Origin: Podarcis filfolensis
Lineage: Eukaryota
DNA length: 64,000 nucleotides
Assembly: GCA_964270895.1 (NCBI GenBank)
Contig: OZ185438.1
Direction: 5' to 3' (one strand)
Shown here: positions 37,375 to 48,200 of the stretch, piece by piece
Numbering within the stretch: the stretch's first letter is position 1
Layout: each line of letters starts with the position of its first letter
The notes under the pieces: model-generated
What the model was told of the DNA's origin: nothing
Databases searched by the model: none
Seen by the model: only the letters and a program-made list of their open reading frames with translations
Made by a program: the position numbers and the translations under genes

Positions 37375-37732
37375 AGGTAAAGGTAAAGGGACCCCTGACC
37401 ATCAGGTCCAGTTGCGGACAACTCTGGGGTTGCGGTGCTCATCTCGCTTTATTGGCCGAGGGAACTGGCGTACAGCTTCCGGGTCATGTGGCCAGCATGA
37501 CTAAGCCGCTTCTGGCGAAGCAGAGCAGCACACAGAAACACCGTCTACCTTCCCACCGAAGCAGTACCTATTTATCTACTTGCACTTTGACGTGCTTTCG
37601 AACTGCTAGGTTGGCAGGAGTAGAGACCGAGCAACGGGAGCTCACCCTGTCACAGGGATTCAAACCGTGACCTTCTGATTGGCAAGCCCTAGGCTCTGTG
37701 GTTTAATCCACAGCGCCACCCACCCATGTCCC
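37375..37732 (-). mobile_element. Sauria SINE, full length
   Basis: Full body; AGACATAAAG duplicated at 37362-37371 and 37733-37742. Confidence 0.9.
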
Positions 37733-38250
37733 AGACATAAAGGTTATCAAGATATAAATAAAATTGATTTTTAAAACAAATACACAAAACAAAATTACAT
37801 GTCTGAGCAGGCTTGCCTAACAAAACATTTTTAGCTGGCATCCAAAACAATACAGTGAAGGCACCTGTCCAGCACTTTATTATAAAGGACCTCTTACAAT
37901 GTAGCCTTAATCATGTTTACTCAGTAGTAAGTCACTCTTAGTTCAATGGGACTCTCAGGTTAGAATGGGCACTTTGAGTGCAGTCCCAACTCCTGCTACC
38001 TACCGGGGGGATTTGTGGAGCAACAGAGCCACAGTCGCATCGACAACTCTGCCACTCATTGCAATTATGGTGGAAGGTGGTTGGGTGGGACAAGTGGACC
38101 TGAATTGGGGTCCAATGCAGTCCCGCCACAGCTGTGAGACTGGCTCAGCCCTGCCCCTTCCCTGACTTTTGGGGGCTCTCCGCTGGCCCCTGTAAATGGG
38201 GGTACTGTCAGTTGGCCTCTCAACTACCCACACATTTTGAAGGTCACTAA

Positions 38251-38607
38251 GGGACGCGGGTGGCGCTGTGGGTTAAACCACAGAGCCTAAGACTTGCCGA
38301 TCAGAAGGTCAGCGGTTTGAATCCCCGTGAAGGGGTGAGCTCCCGTTCCTCGGTCCCTGCTTCTGCCAATCTAGCAGTTCGAAAGCACGTCAAAGTGCAA
38401 GTAAATAAATAGGTACCACTCCGGCGGGAAGGTATACAGTGTTTTCGTGCGCTGCTCTGGTTCGCCAGAAGCGGCTTAGTCATGCTGGCCACATGACTCG
38501 GAAGCTGTACGCCGGCTCCCTCAGCCAGTAAAGTGAGATGAGCGCCGCAACCCGAGTCGGTCACGACTGGACCTAATGGTCAGGGGTCCCTTTACCTTTA
38601 CCTTTAC
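38251..38607 (+). mobile_element. Sauria SINE, full length, about 115 bp upstream of the deaminase acceptor
   Basis: GGGACGCGGGTGGCGCTGTGGG...TTTACCTTTACCTTTACC. Confidence 0.92.
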
Positions 38608-38722
38608 CAATGAAGAACTAACCCCCCCCCTACCCAGCCATGTGTTGAGGGTGGTGCTTGTAGTTCTGATGGACAAAAGCAGTGATCCATTTCTATTTTA
38701 AATGCCCTTTTTATCTTTACAG

Positions 38723-39302
38723 CCTTTTGAAAGTTTCTGGCTTAGAACTGTCAGAGGAAATGCCCTTCTTCCTCAAAAAACTATGTCCGAAAGAAGGCTT
38801 CCAAGAACATTTTGACAACACAAAATTACGCAAAAAAACATTACTATTGTTTAGTTTTAAAAAGGAAGAAAACCCGATTTGGGAAATATGGGGCCATGCG
38901 TACAATGATCCTGGTGACAAGCATGCTGAAGTTTTAGTTTTAGATTATATTAAAGACCAAATCGCAGAAAACATAACCAAAGGAAAATATGAACTGAACT
39001 TTTTTGTGTCATACACCCCTTGCCATGAATGCAGTGACAGGATAAAGTCTTTTATGGAAAAAAACAGTGGAATATGCATGGAAATAAAAGCTTCGAGGCC
39101 ATATTATTTTAACAGAGAAGGAGAACGAAAAGGTCTACACCTTCTGAAGAGCTCTGGGGTTTCGATTAAAATGATGAACAAATCTGATTATGAAGAATGC
39201 TTTGCTCTATTTGTACACCCATCAGAAAACTTTACACCATGGTCAAATCTGGATGAACAAAGCAAGGAGAATGCAGATGATCTGGACACACTTTTGAAAC
39301 AG
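38723..39302 (+). CDS. AID/APOBEC-family cytidine deaminase, catalytic exon (whole Z domain); in-frame ATG at 38760
   Basis: Acceptor ttttatctttacag, donor CAG|gtaaaa. FQEHFDN, RKKTLLLF, HAE (38922), SYTPCHEC (PC at 39018), EIKASRPYY, GLHLLKSSGVSIKMM..DYEECFALFV and FTPWSNLDEQS match the AID/APOBEC fold in order; no stops or frameshifts. Confidence 0.92.
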
Positions 39303-39508
39303 GTAAAAGGGAGGTGGAGGCATTGCAAAACTTTGACCCAGATCATAAATGATAAAATGATACACAAATTTTGTTGGGTTGTAGAAGGACAGAGGGCCTT
39401 CCAAATGCTCCTTCTAAGGAAAATCCACCAAGTGGACTTCCACTCAGTTCTAAGAATGATAAAAAACCCTTCTCAACCTTTTGGTTCTGCATTGTCCCAG
39501 ATACAGTA

Positions 39509-39758
39509 CAGTCGTACCTTGGTTTTCGAACAGCTTAATTCTTGAACGTTTTGGCTCCCAAATGCCACAAACCTGGAAGTGACTGTTCTAGTTTGCCAAC
39601 TATTTTTGGAAGCCGAACGTCCGACGGGGCGTCCGCGGCTTCTGATTGGCCGCAGGAGCTTCCTGCAGCCAATCAGAAGCAGCGCTTTGGTTTCCAAACA
39701 TTCTGGAAGTCGAACAGACTTGCGGAACAGATTCTGTTCGACTTCCAAGGTATGACTG
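39509..39758. mobile_element. Mariner-type MITE in the deaminase intron
   Basis: TA|CAGTCGTACCTTGG...CCAAGGTATGACTG|TA. Confidence 0.85.
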
Positions 39759-41130
39759 TACAATATTTCCTGTAGGTGCAGATCTATCATTTGCTTTGCA
39801 ACACAATTGGAAGCTTACTAAGTTTATTATTAGTTTGCCTTAAATTTCAACCAGGTTTATATGAAACACACACAAACAGAAAATCTATTTCACTTTGAAT
39901 GTAAATTATTATGTTATCAGTGTTAAACACTGATAAAGTACCTAAAGTTTTCTAAGAACTGGAGAGTGCCATCTATTTATAAATTAAATGCAAGCAGTTC
40001 ATATAAAGTACAGGAAACATTTTGAGAGTGGCACGTTTCCTTGTATACAGTGTTGCTAAAATGATGGCGAATAAGGTTCCTGGGATTAGAGCTGGAAAGG
40101 GAGGGTTCAAATCTGCTAGTTTTACTTTCTCATTTTTCTAAATCTTATCTCAGTTCACCCCATATGTACATCAGCTTGCTTTTAAAGAATTAAAGTCCAC
40201 ACAATATCCATACATTTCCATGTGCGTTTGTTCTATTTTGCCTAATATAAGCATTTTTTGCAAGCCATTTCCCCTAATATAATGCATTTTTGCACTTTAT
40301 TTCTACTAATATATTAATTTGTGTGTATCCCCCCCCTCATGTATGCATTTTCTGTTGGAGAATTGCACTGCAGATTTCAATATGTGGGAATGTTGAAGGA
40401 AATCTACATTTAGGTTTGTGTATCACTTTGGGATGTGCAAAGTGAACCAGATTAATTTCTCCCCCACAATCTGTTTTTCATATGCATGAACAAAACTGGC
40501 CAACCCTAAACTGCATGCATGTTCAGAATTGCATGGACAAATGTTAATATGAACCAGGTCCTACAACATGGATTTTGCCACAGCAAATTTAATGACAGCT
40601 GGAAAAAGAGCTACCACAATTACTGTAATATTATGTTTCAGGAAGTGAGAATTTGATAGATTGGCCTTTAAATGCAAACTGAATAGAATTTCTCTCCCAT
40701 ACCTAGTCAAGGATGATGGGATTTGTAGTTCAAAACATCTGGAGGGTTTCACGTCAGCTAGCCCTGTGCTACAGTCTTGGCTTATTTATGCTTTTATGTG
40801 TGTACTATATCAATCTGTTTAATGTTCAGCAACAAGTCAATTTTATACTGTAAAATTCAGTTGTATGGTAACATACAGAGGAGATTATGGACTCAAAATA
40901 CAGCATTATAAATGTGTTATAACACAGTGACACCAGATGAAATTGCAACTCAATGATATTTTGAATTGTGAGCTTTACAATGGTTTTTTGCAGAGCATGT
41001 AAATAGTGTTTTTTAATAGCTGTGTAGATCTAGCCTATGCTAGCCATATATCTTCACGAATGCTTCAACTTAACCAGTGGTCTCTTTATAGTCCTCTTCC
41101 CCAACTTGTGTTATTGTTTTTTTACCCCAG

Positions 41131-41173
41131 GAGGAAGAAAATGACAAAATGATTGATTCAGACAGCATTTCAG
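41131..41173 (+). CDS. APOBEC-like deaminase, 43-nt internal exon (EEENDKMIDSDSIS)
   Basis: Acceptor gttttttttaccccag, donor CAG|gtaatg; phase 0 in matches the catalytic exon and phase 1 out matches the next exon. Confidence 0.78.
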
Positions 41174-41407
41174 GTAATGTCAACAGTATATTAAATTTAA
41201 TAGAAACTCAGTGTGCTGTATCCAGTGGTGTCCTTAGAGCTGACAACAGTTCTTAGATCCAGTGATGGCTTTCCTCAGAACAATGGGGAGGGTGAGAATT
41301 TTTGCCAGTTTCCCCTCTCTCCCAGACAGCTCCCCCTGACCCTCTTGAGCTCATGTTAGGGGAACATTGGGTGCTGCAGGGAGTTACACTGAGAGAACAC
41401 TCTACTA

Positions 41408-41543
41408 CAGGCATGGCCAAACTTGGACCTTCAGATGTTTTGGGACTACAACTTCCATTATCCCTAGCTAACAGGACCAGTGGTCAGGGATGATAGGAAT
41501 TGTAGTCCCAAAACATCTGGAGGGCCAAGTTTGGCCATGCCTG
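41408..41543. mobile_element. hAT-like palindromic MITE with 8-bp TSD
   Basis: CTCTACTA at 41400-41407 and 41544-41551; CAGGCATGGCCAAACTTGG TIR. Confidence 0.88.
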
Positions 41544-41688
41544 CTCTACTAGATCAAAGAGCTGTCGGTATGGAGGACACCACTGGACACTGGGGTCTGA
41601 TGAAACTTAAAGAATCAAGCCTTCAGAACATTTTATTTCCCAAAGTTCAAAATGTGATTGTAACAAGTTGTTTTAAAAATAATTTTAG

Positions 41689-41879
41689 CTCGTACAACAC
41701 AACTTGGTGCCCAAGAAAATTCCAAACCAGATCTTCCTTTGGATGGTCACTGTCAATCACCAGCAATGAAAAGAAATCAGCTATCAGAACCAGAGACTCC
41801 TCAGAAATTGAACCGTTCTCCTGGAACAAGAGAAGCGGTCTCAGGAATTAAAAGAAAACTTGATTTCCCAGAAGACTAG
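41689..41879 (+). CDS. APOBEC-like deaminase, last coding exon (S/T-P-rich tail ending KRKLDFPED*)
   Basis: Acceptor aataattttag; phase 1 continues open for 62 codons to TAG at 41877-41879: (A)RTTQLGAQENSKPDLPLDGHCQSPAMKRNQLSEPETPQKLNRSPGTREAVSGIKRKLDFPED. Confidence 0.72.
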
Positions 41880-42103
41880 AGACGTGGATGTAAGATTTCC
41901 CTTTCGATATTAGGACCTTTGCACCTTGTTCTAAGAAAAAAAAGTTATAGGAATCTATGTTGGGCATTGCCATCATTTTCCCGAATGTACCTATAATGGA
42001 TGCATGACAGACAAAGGGGTTTAGATTTTCTAGTATTACTGGGCTGAGTGCTGTTTGAATGTTGCCACTGGCAATTGCTATCAATGTTTTTTGTTGTTAT
42101 TTA

Positions 42104-42502
42104 CCATAGTTTTCCGTCTATAGGATGCCATGTATAAGATGCCCCCTATTTTTGGGGACTCCGATTTAAGAAAATGGCGGGAGATAGCACAGAGTAGTTG
42201 TTGAGCTTTTTTTGCGGACGATTGCCCAGAGCTATTGAGCTTTTGGGGGGTGGAATTGCCAAAAATCACTCACCCACCGCTGACAATCAAACCCGCTATT
42301 GACACAGAGGCAGCCAATCGCTAGCAGCCCTTCACACTGCCACTAATCACCTGCCCTGTCGCCGCAGAAAATCTCCTGCTCGCAGCTGCTACCAATTGCC
42401 CAACCGCCCTCTGCACTACCCATGTATAAGACGAGGGCAAATTTTAAAGCTCTTTTTTTAAAAAAGAAAAAAAACACTAGTCTTATAGACGGAAAAACAC
42501 GG
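42104..42502. mobile_element. Tc2/pogo-like MITE
   Basis: TA|CCATAGTTTTCCGTCTATA...TATAGACGGAAAAACACGG|TA. Confidence 0.75.
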
Positions 42503-42542
42503 TATGTTGTCCGGTTTTAAATTATGATTCTTTATGCACTTA

Positions 42543-42991
42543 TAAGAACAGAAGAGATCTGCTGGATCAGATCAAAGGCCCATCCAAGCCCAGCCTTCTG
42601 TTCTCATAGTAGCCAACGAAATGCCTATGGGAAGACCACAAGCAAGACCAAAACGCAACAGCACTTGTGATTCCCAGGAAGCGGTATGGTATTTAGAGGT
42701 ACATGGCATCTATCACTGCAGACAATACATAGCCATTCTTGTGTACTGTGTGGGGAAGAACCTCCTTTTGTCTGCTGAATCTTCCAGAGTCAGCATCATT
42801 GGATATCCCCAGGTACTAGTGTTACTGCAGGGGGGACTTCTATCATCTTTCTGCACACTATGCACAATTCTATATGCCTCTAACACGCCCGTCCTCTCCA
42901 AATATTATAACCTATTCTCATAGGGGAGGTGCTTCAGCCCTTTAATAATAACTTTGGTTACCCTCTTCTGAACCTTTTCCAGCTCTACAAT
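42543..42991 (-). mobile_element. CR1 LINE 3' fragment, degenerate
   Basis: TAAGAACAGAAGAGATCTGCTGGATCAGATCAAAGGCCCATC is the reverse complement of a squamate CR1 3' end. Confidence 0.6.
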
Positions 42992-43190
42992 TCATATATC
43001 AAATTTTAAATACATGAACAGAAAGTGATGGTTATACTTTATATTTGGCTTTGATGTAGAAAAAATAGGGGTGGTTGGCTTTTGCTGCCCAACTCCCCAA
43101 GTCCCCTAAGGTGCCCACACTTTTTTCAAAGTGGGCCAGATTTGATGAAGTGAGGGCCAACCAAAGTTGTTGAGCTTTTTTTAGGATTTT

Positions 43191-43506
43191 AGGTAAAGGG
43201 ACCCGTGACCGACTCTGGGGTTGCAGCACTCATCTCACTTTATTGGACAAGGGAGCCAGCGTACAGCTTCCGGGTCATGTGGCCAGCATGACAAAGCCGC
43301 TTCTGGCAAACCAGAGCAGCGCACAGAAACGCCATTTATCTTCCCGCCAGAGCGGTACCTATTTATCTACTTGCACTTTGATGTGCTTTCGAACTGCTAG
43401 GTGGGCGGAAGCAGGGACCGAGCACCGGAAGCTCACCCCGTCACAGGAATTCGAACCGCCGACCTTCTGATCAGCAAGCCCTAGGCTCTGTGGTTTAACC
43501 CAGCCC
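43191..43506 (-). mobile_element. Sauria SINE with internal deletion
   Basis: Conserved body and GGTAAAGGGACC tail. Confidence 0.85.
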
Positions 43507-43899
43507 AGGACATATACTGCATACTACCACAGGGGCTGGATTAAATCGACTGGCGGGTCGGATTAGGCCCCCAAAACGGACTTTGGACATGCCTGCCCTA
43601 AGTCCATGATCGGTCAGAAATGAATGGATGGAGGCAGGATGCAGTGAAAGCAAGGCAGATCTTTATTTTCCTGTTGCAACAGAGTTCCCTCCCCTCCTTG
43701 CAAGGAAGCAAGAGAGACCCCGAACCAAGAAGAAACATCTCTTTTTAAGGATTTGCATTTTGGCTTGCAGAAGGACACCCCCCCACACACACACACAAAC
43801 AGCCAGAAATTGCATCACACATAAGGTGGGGTTACTGTGCCTCAGGCAGGCCAAGGCGTGATACTCCTGAGGATTTAGCAAGTTTTACATAGTTCCAGA

Positions 43900-44246
43900 C
43901 AGTTTACAAAAAACATTAACATTTGATAAGATAATCAGGACGCCCATCAGGCATCCCTCAATGCAGAGCATCTGGGCAGGCAATGACAATTAATACAAAG
44001 GAGGTTCATAGATATAGGAGAGGAATCCCTTCAGGAACTTCCCCTGATTGCTATCTGCCTACCTGGTCTCAGGCAAGGGGGATTAAGGAGGCAGAGGAAA
44101 TACCTTATTTAGAATCTTTAGGAGAACCAAAATGGCTTTTGGATTGCTCCCCTGTACAGTATGTGGTTTATATACTTAGGTATGTGTGTTTACCTTGTGC
44201 AATTATCAACATTTGTTCTATATTTAAGACCTTAGAATTCCTATAA
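43900..44246 (-). mobile_element. Diverged fragment of the LTR family seen at 11008 and 26356
   Basis: TTTAAGACCTTAGAATTCCTATAACA and GGATTGCTC...GTGGTTTATATACTTAGGTATGTGTG match the LTR 5' end. Confidence 0.5.
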
Positions 44247-46538
44247 CAGCTTTATAATACCCTCATATTTTTCTTTGTATGCCTGTATTTTGATATATAT
44301 TGTAATTTTTGAAAACTTGGGTTTGGAGGAATAAAGCAATTCTGATGGATTTCTTTGTTTTGTAGCAAGACCCAGCTCCTCACCATGTTATCTGTGCTTG
44401 TGCATTCATCATAGATTTCTCTGATTATTTTTTATAAAATATTTATCATGTGCTTGATATTTGAAATTAACAAATGAGACCTGGAACTAATTGGTACTGT
44501 CTGGAGAGATGCCGCTCAGGAATAATGCCAACCAGCATTTTTCCATGGCTGCTGGGCATTATTCTCCTGCACTGTTTTTTTCCAGCAGTCCGTCAGCATT
44601 CTATATCCACTCAGTCCTCAGTTTGCCTTTTTGTGGGGGGCGGGGAGTCCCTCCTTAGGACTTTCCCCCTAAATATATATTTGTACTTCTGCAAACCTTG
44701 GGGTTCTCTCAGGCTTGCTAACCCAAATAATATTGAAGGTGCCAAAACATTTCTCCACTTCTTCTTGCCAATTTTCATGGAATTACGAAGCCGGTACCAT
44801 TCCATTTCAAACAAGTGTGCAGGTTTTATCTTTGACTTTCCCCCCTTTAACCTGATACCTGAGTAGCAGCTATCATGGTAGAAAAAACTTTTTAAAAAAA
44901 TACAAAGAAGCCAAAGGTAGAGTTGGAGCAGAATATCTCCAGGGCTAGTTACAAATCTCCTCACAAGGCTTTTTTTCAATGAGAACTTGGGCAGCATTGC
45001 CATTATAAGAGAACAAGGAAGGCGTTCATGGCAAGTTCCGGCACCTCTTTTTCTAGAATAATAGCACTGGAGGTCTTACAGATATGTCACTCTCACTAGC
45101 AACAGCAACATGATCAATCTTTACTGCATTTCCAATCATAGGGGTTAACAGGACTGAAAAACCTGTCACCATTGTGACAAAGTGGTGATGCAATAATTAT
45201 GATGATGCACCTCATGTTTAACCCTTAATAAGACAGCCATGGAATAACCTTGATTTTTGAAAACAAAATTTGAACAGCGTTTAGAATAGTTGGGAGGGGA
45301 TAGGGAATTACATGGAGACAGCAACTCTAGATTCAGTGTAACTGGCTAAAGGCTGCAAGCCTACACACACACATACATCCCTGGGAGTAGGTTCCATTTA
45401 ATTCTATGGCACTTACGCTGGAGTAGACAAGCAAAGGACAGTAATGAAAGGCTTGCTATCTTACACATGGGAAAAAGTTGTTTTGATGGCTCAAAAGAAA
45501 GTAAAAACTACTTTTGCCATAGAAGTGCTCTAAGATTACTTGCACTAGTCTAGGACACAACCATACTGTCATCATATGAAATCATGTACTGTGATTTAAT
45601 TGACCATGAAATGCTAAGACTAGATCACATAATTTCCATAAAACTCTCAGAACTCTATATTCAATAATGGTCTGGGACTCTACAAAGTTTTGTGGGATAC
45701 CAATCTTTCTGCGTTCACCAATGTGCATTTCACAGATTATAAAAATAAGGATATTTGTGCAATCATACCAAGTATGTTCTCTGTGGTGTATAATTTTCCT
45801 CCTACACACACAAATACCCAGTTGCAGAAGGATTTTCTTCATCCGTTATATGTAGCATTCATTTGCCTTATCTTTCATGGGTGAGAAGCTGACTGCAACG
45901 ACTTCCTTGGAGCAAAAACCTTAAGCATGCTTAACCACACAACAGAACTACTTGACACACATTCGGCCACATTCTCTATCTGGCAAGATGGTTATGGGCA
46001 GTAAGGAAGGCAGTTTTGACAGCTGTGTCATCATTTAGAGCGAGAGCATAGCAAGATGACATGCAGCAACCTATAATCAAAAAATCACAGTGCAGTCCTA
46101 CAGATGTCTACTCAGAAGTCCCATTATGTGCAATGGGAGTTACTCTCGGGCACACAGAGGTGCCAACCAGAATAAAATACTGGAGGGCCCAGGTACATAA
46201 TCAATCACGAGACACGGCACACATACATCATGTGAATGGCAATGCCCATCAACTGGGGGGGGCCTGGGCCTCTCACATATTTTGGGGGGGGAGGGTCAAT
46301 GGGACCTTGGTGCTGGCTCCTATGCAAGCATGTATGATATGTGAACCATAGTGTTGAAAGTCGAAATGTGGAATCTGCCGCCTTCCAGACATCCCTCATC
46401 ATTCCTGACTATCGGCTACTCTAGCTGGCGCTTACAGGAGTCCCACAAAAATCACAGGGTCCACAAATCAAGATGATGGGAAAACATACCTATTGATCTT
46501 AATAATATTAATGCCATTTATATATATGATGACCTATA

Positions 46539-46753
46539 CAGTGGTACCTCGGGTTAAGTACTTAATTCGTTCCGGAGGTCTGTTCTTAACCTGAAACTGT
46601 TCTTAACCTGAGGTACCACTTTAGCTAATGGGGCCTCCCGCTGCCGCCGCACAATTTCTATTCTCATCCTGAGGTAAAGTTCTTAACCCAAGGTACTATT
46701 TCTGGGTTAGCGGAGTATGTAACCTGAAGCGTATGTAACCTGAGGTACCACTG
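46539..46753. mobile_element. Mariner-type MITE, inverted copy of 21461-21702
   Basis: TA|CAGTGGTACCTC...GAGGTACCACTG|TA. Confidence 0.88.
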
Positions 46754-47099
46754 TAAATAGGCAAAACGGGCACTTTACCAGCACAGGGTCCCCAAAATGG
46801 GTCAAAATTCTTTCTCACCCCCAGTCAGGGGCTGCTTACATACCCTGCAACATTTCTCTGATGAAAATAGGAATGATAATAATTTTTACTATTTATACCC
46901 CACCCATCTGACTGGGTGGCCCTAGCCATTCTTGGCGGCTTCCAACATATATAAAACCGTAATATTAGAAACCTTCAGATGTCTGCTAAAGGCTAGGGGA
47001 GGTCGCATAACTCGCATACATTTCTCCGATGAAAATAGGGAATATAGGGACGTCCTACCACATCCTCCAGCATCTCTCCGATGAAAACAGGGACGTCCT

Positions 47100-48200
47100 A
47101 AGGAAAAGCGGGGCAGATCAGAAACCGCGACGGTTTCTGGAAAAATAGGGGCACTTGGAGGGTCTGTGCTTATAGGACACAGTATTTCCTACTCGGGGCG
47201 GTAAGGTCACAACACAAAGCCGACGCGCTCGCTTCGCACAACGAAGATCAGGAGCAACGCGCCGGCCTTTTCCCGCCGGCCAAGTCCCCTCACACTCTCC
47301 CGCCTTTTTCCTACTCTGTCCCCCGCCCCCCACTCCCTCCTTATTGGCCGCCCGACTGTTTTCCCGCCCAGTCAGAGAACCTCTGTCAGGGCCTCCCGCC
47401 AATGGGCGCCCAGCTCGATGAAGCAAACCGCTTCCCTCCTCCCGCCCCTCCCGCAAGGGAGGGGGAGAGAGAGGGAAACGGACTAAGGGAGGCGAGAGGG
47501 AAGTGACTTCACAATGGCGCTCTCCCCCCCAATCACAAAGGCGGCTGGGCCGCGGCCCAATGGGAGCAAGGCCGCGTTTCGCCCTGCACCCAATGGGAGC
47601 GCCGCAGCAGCAGCCCGGCGTCGGCAGGAGGCGGGCGGTAGGGGGGGCGTCTGTGTTGCCGGCAGGGGCGGGGAGAAGTTCACCAGAAGCGCGGCGGCGG
47701 CGGCGGCTCCGCCTCCCTGTGGTCGGTGCGCGGCCTGGAGACCCCGCCTCCTGCCTCCCTCCTCCCTCCTCCCTGCCCGGCTGGCCTCTCTCTCTCTCTC
47801 AGGCAGCCATGGCGGCGGCGGAGCAGGAGCAGCAGCAGTTCTACCTTCTCCTAGGCAACCTGCTCAGCCCGGACAATGTCGTCCGGAAACAGGCCGAGGT
47901 GACTGGCGGCTTCGCGTTGTTTCGCCCCCCCCCCCGGTTCCCCGCTCTCCCTTTCCCGCCGGCTCCAGCCTCGGCCGACCGCGCTCTCCGGACCCGGCCT
48001 TGCCCTGTCAGCCTCCCAGCGCCGTGTGTGTGTGTGTGTCTCGGCGTGCGCGCCGGGGCGGCCCTGGCGGGGCCCACGTGCTCCGGCCGGAATCTCCACA
48101 GACGGGGCCGGCGGCCGTTAAAGCCGTTGGCCGGGGGGCGTTTCGGCCACCAACCGCCCTTCCCCCCCCCCACACACAAAGCCCCCCCCCCCCGGCGGCA
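47100..48200 (+). promoter_or_regulatory. CpG island and IPO5 promoter with CCAAT boxes, GC boxes and an ETS site
   Basis: High GC and CpG; ATTGG 47343; CCAAT 47399, 47529, 47557, 47590; GGAAGTG 47499; several GGGCGG/CCGCCC. Confidence 0.85.
47809..47898 (+). CDS. IPO5: Importin-5, first coding exon
   Basis: GCAGCCATGG Kozak; [30 protein letters not shown]; donor GAG|gtgact. Confidence 0.96.

Noticed and set aside
38682-39545. 287-aa ORF as a single-exon APOBEC gene
   Set aside because: It starts at a GTG upstream of a clear acceptor (38722), and after the CAG|gtaaaa donor (39302) it runs through intron sequence into a MITE; homology stops exactly at the donor
41647-42084. Minus-strand ORFs of 60 and 78 aa
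   Set aside because: Antisense shadows of the deaminase last exon and its 3' UTR; no recognisable product
44160-45003. Possible L1 ORF2 remnant (YLG- and WxW-like motifs) and overlapping 130-aa ORFs on both strands
   Set aside because: The YLG stretch is part of the LTR fragment at 43900-44246, motif spacing does not fit L1, and no family was recognised for the ORFs
4000-47000. Exons of SLAIN1, SCEL or RAP2A expected from human synteny
   Set aside because: None recognised by eye on either strand; a tBLASTn search is needed to confirm absence
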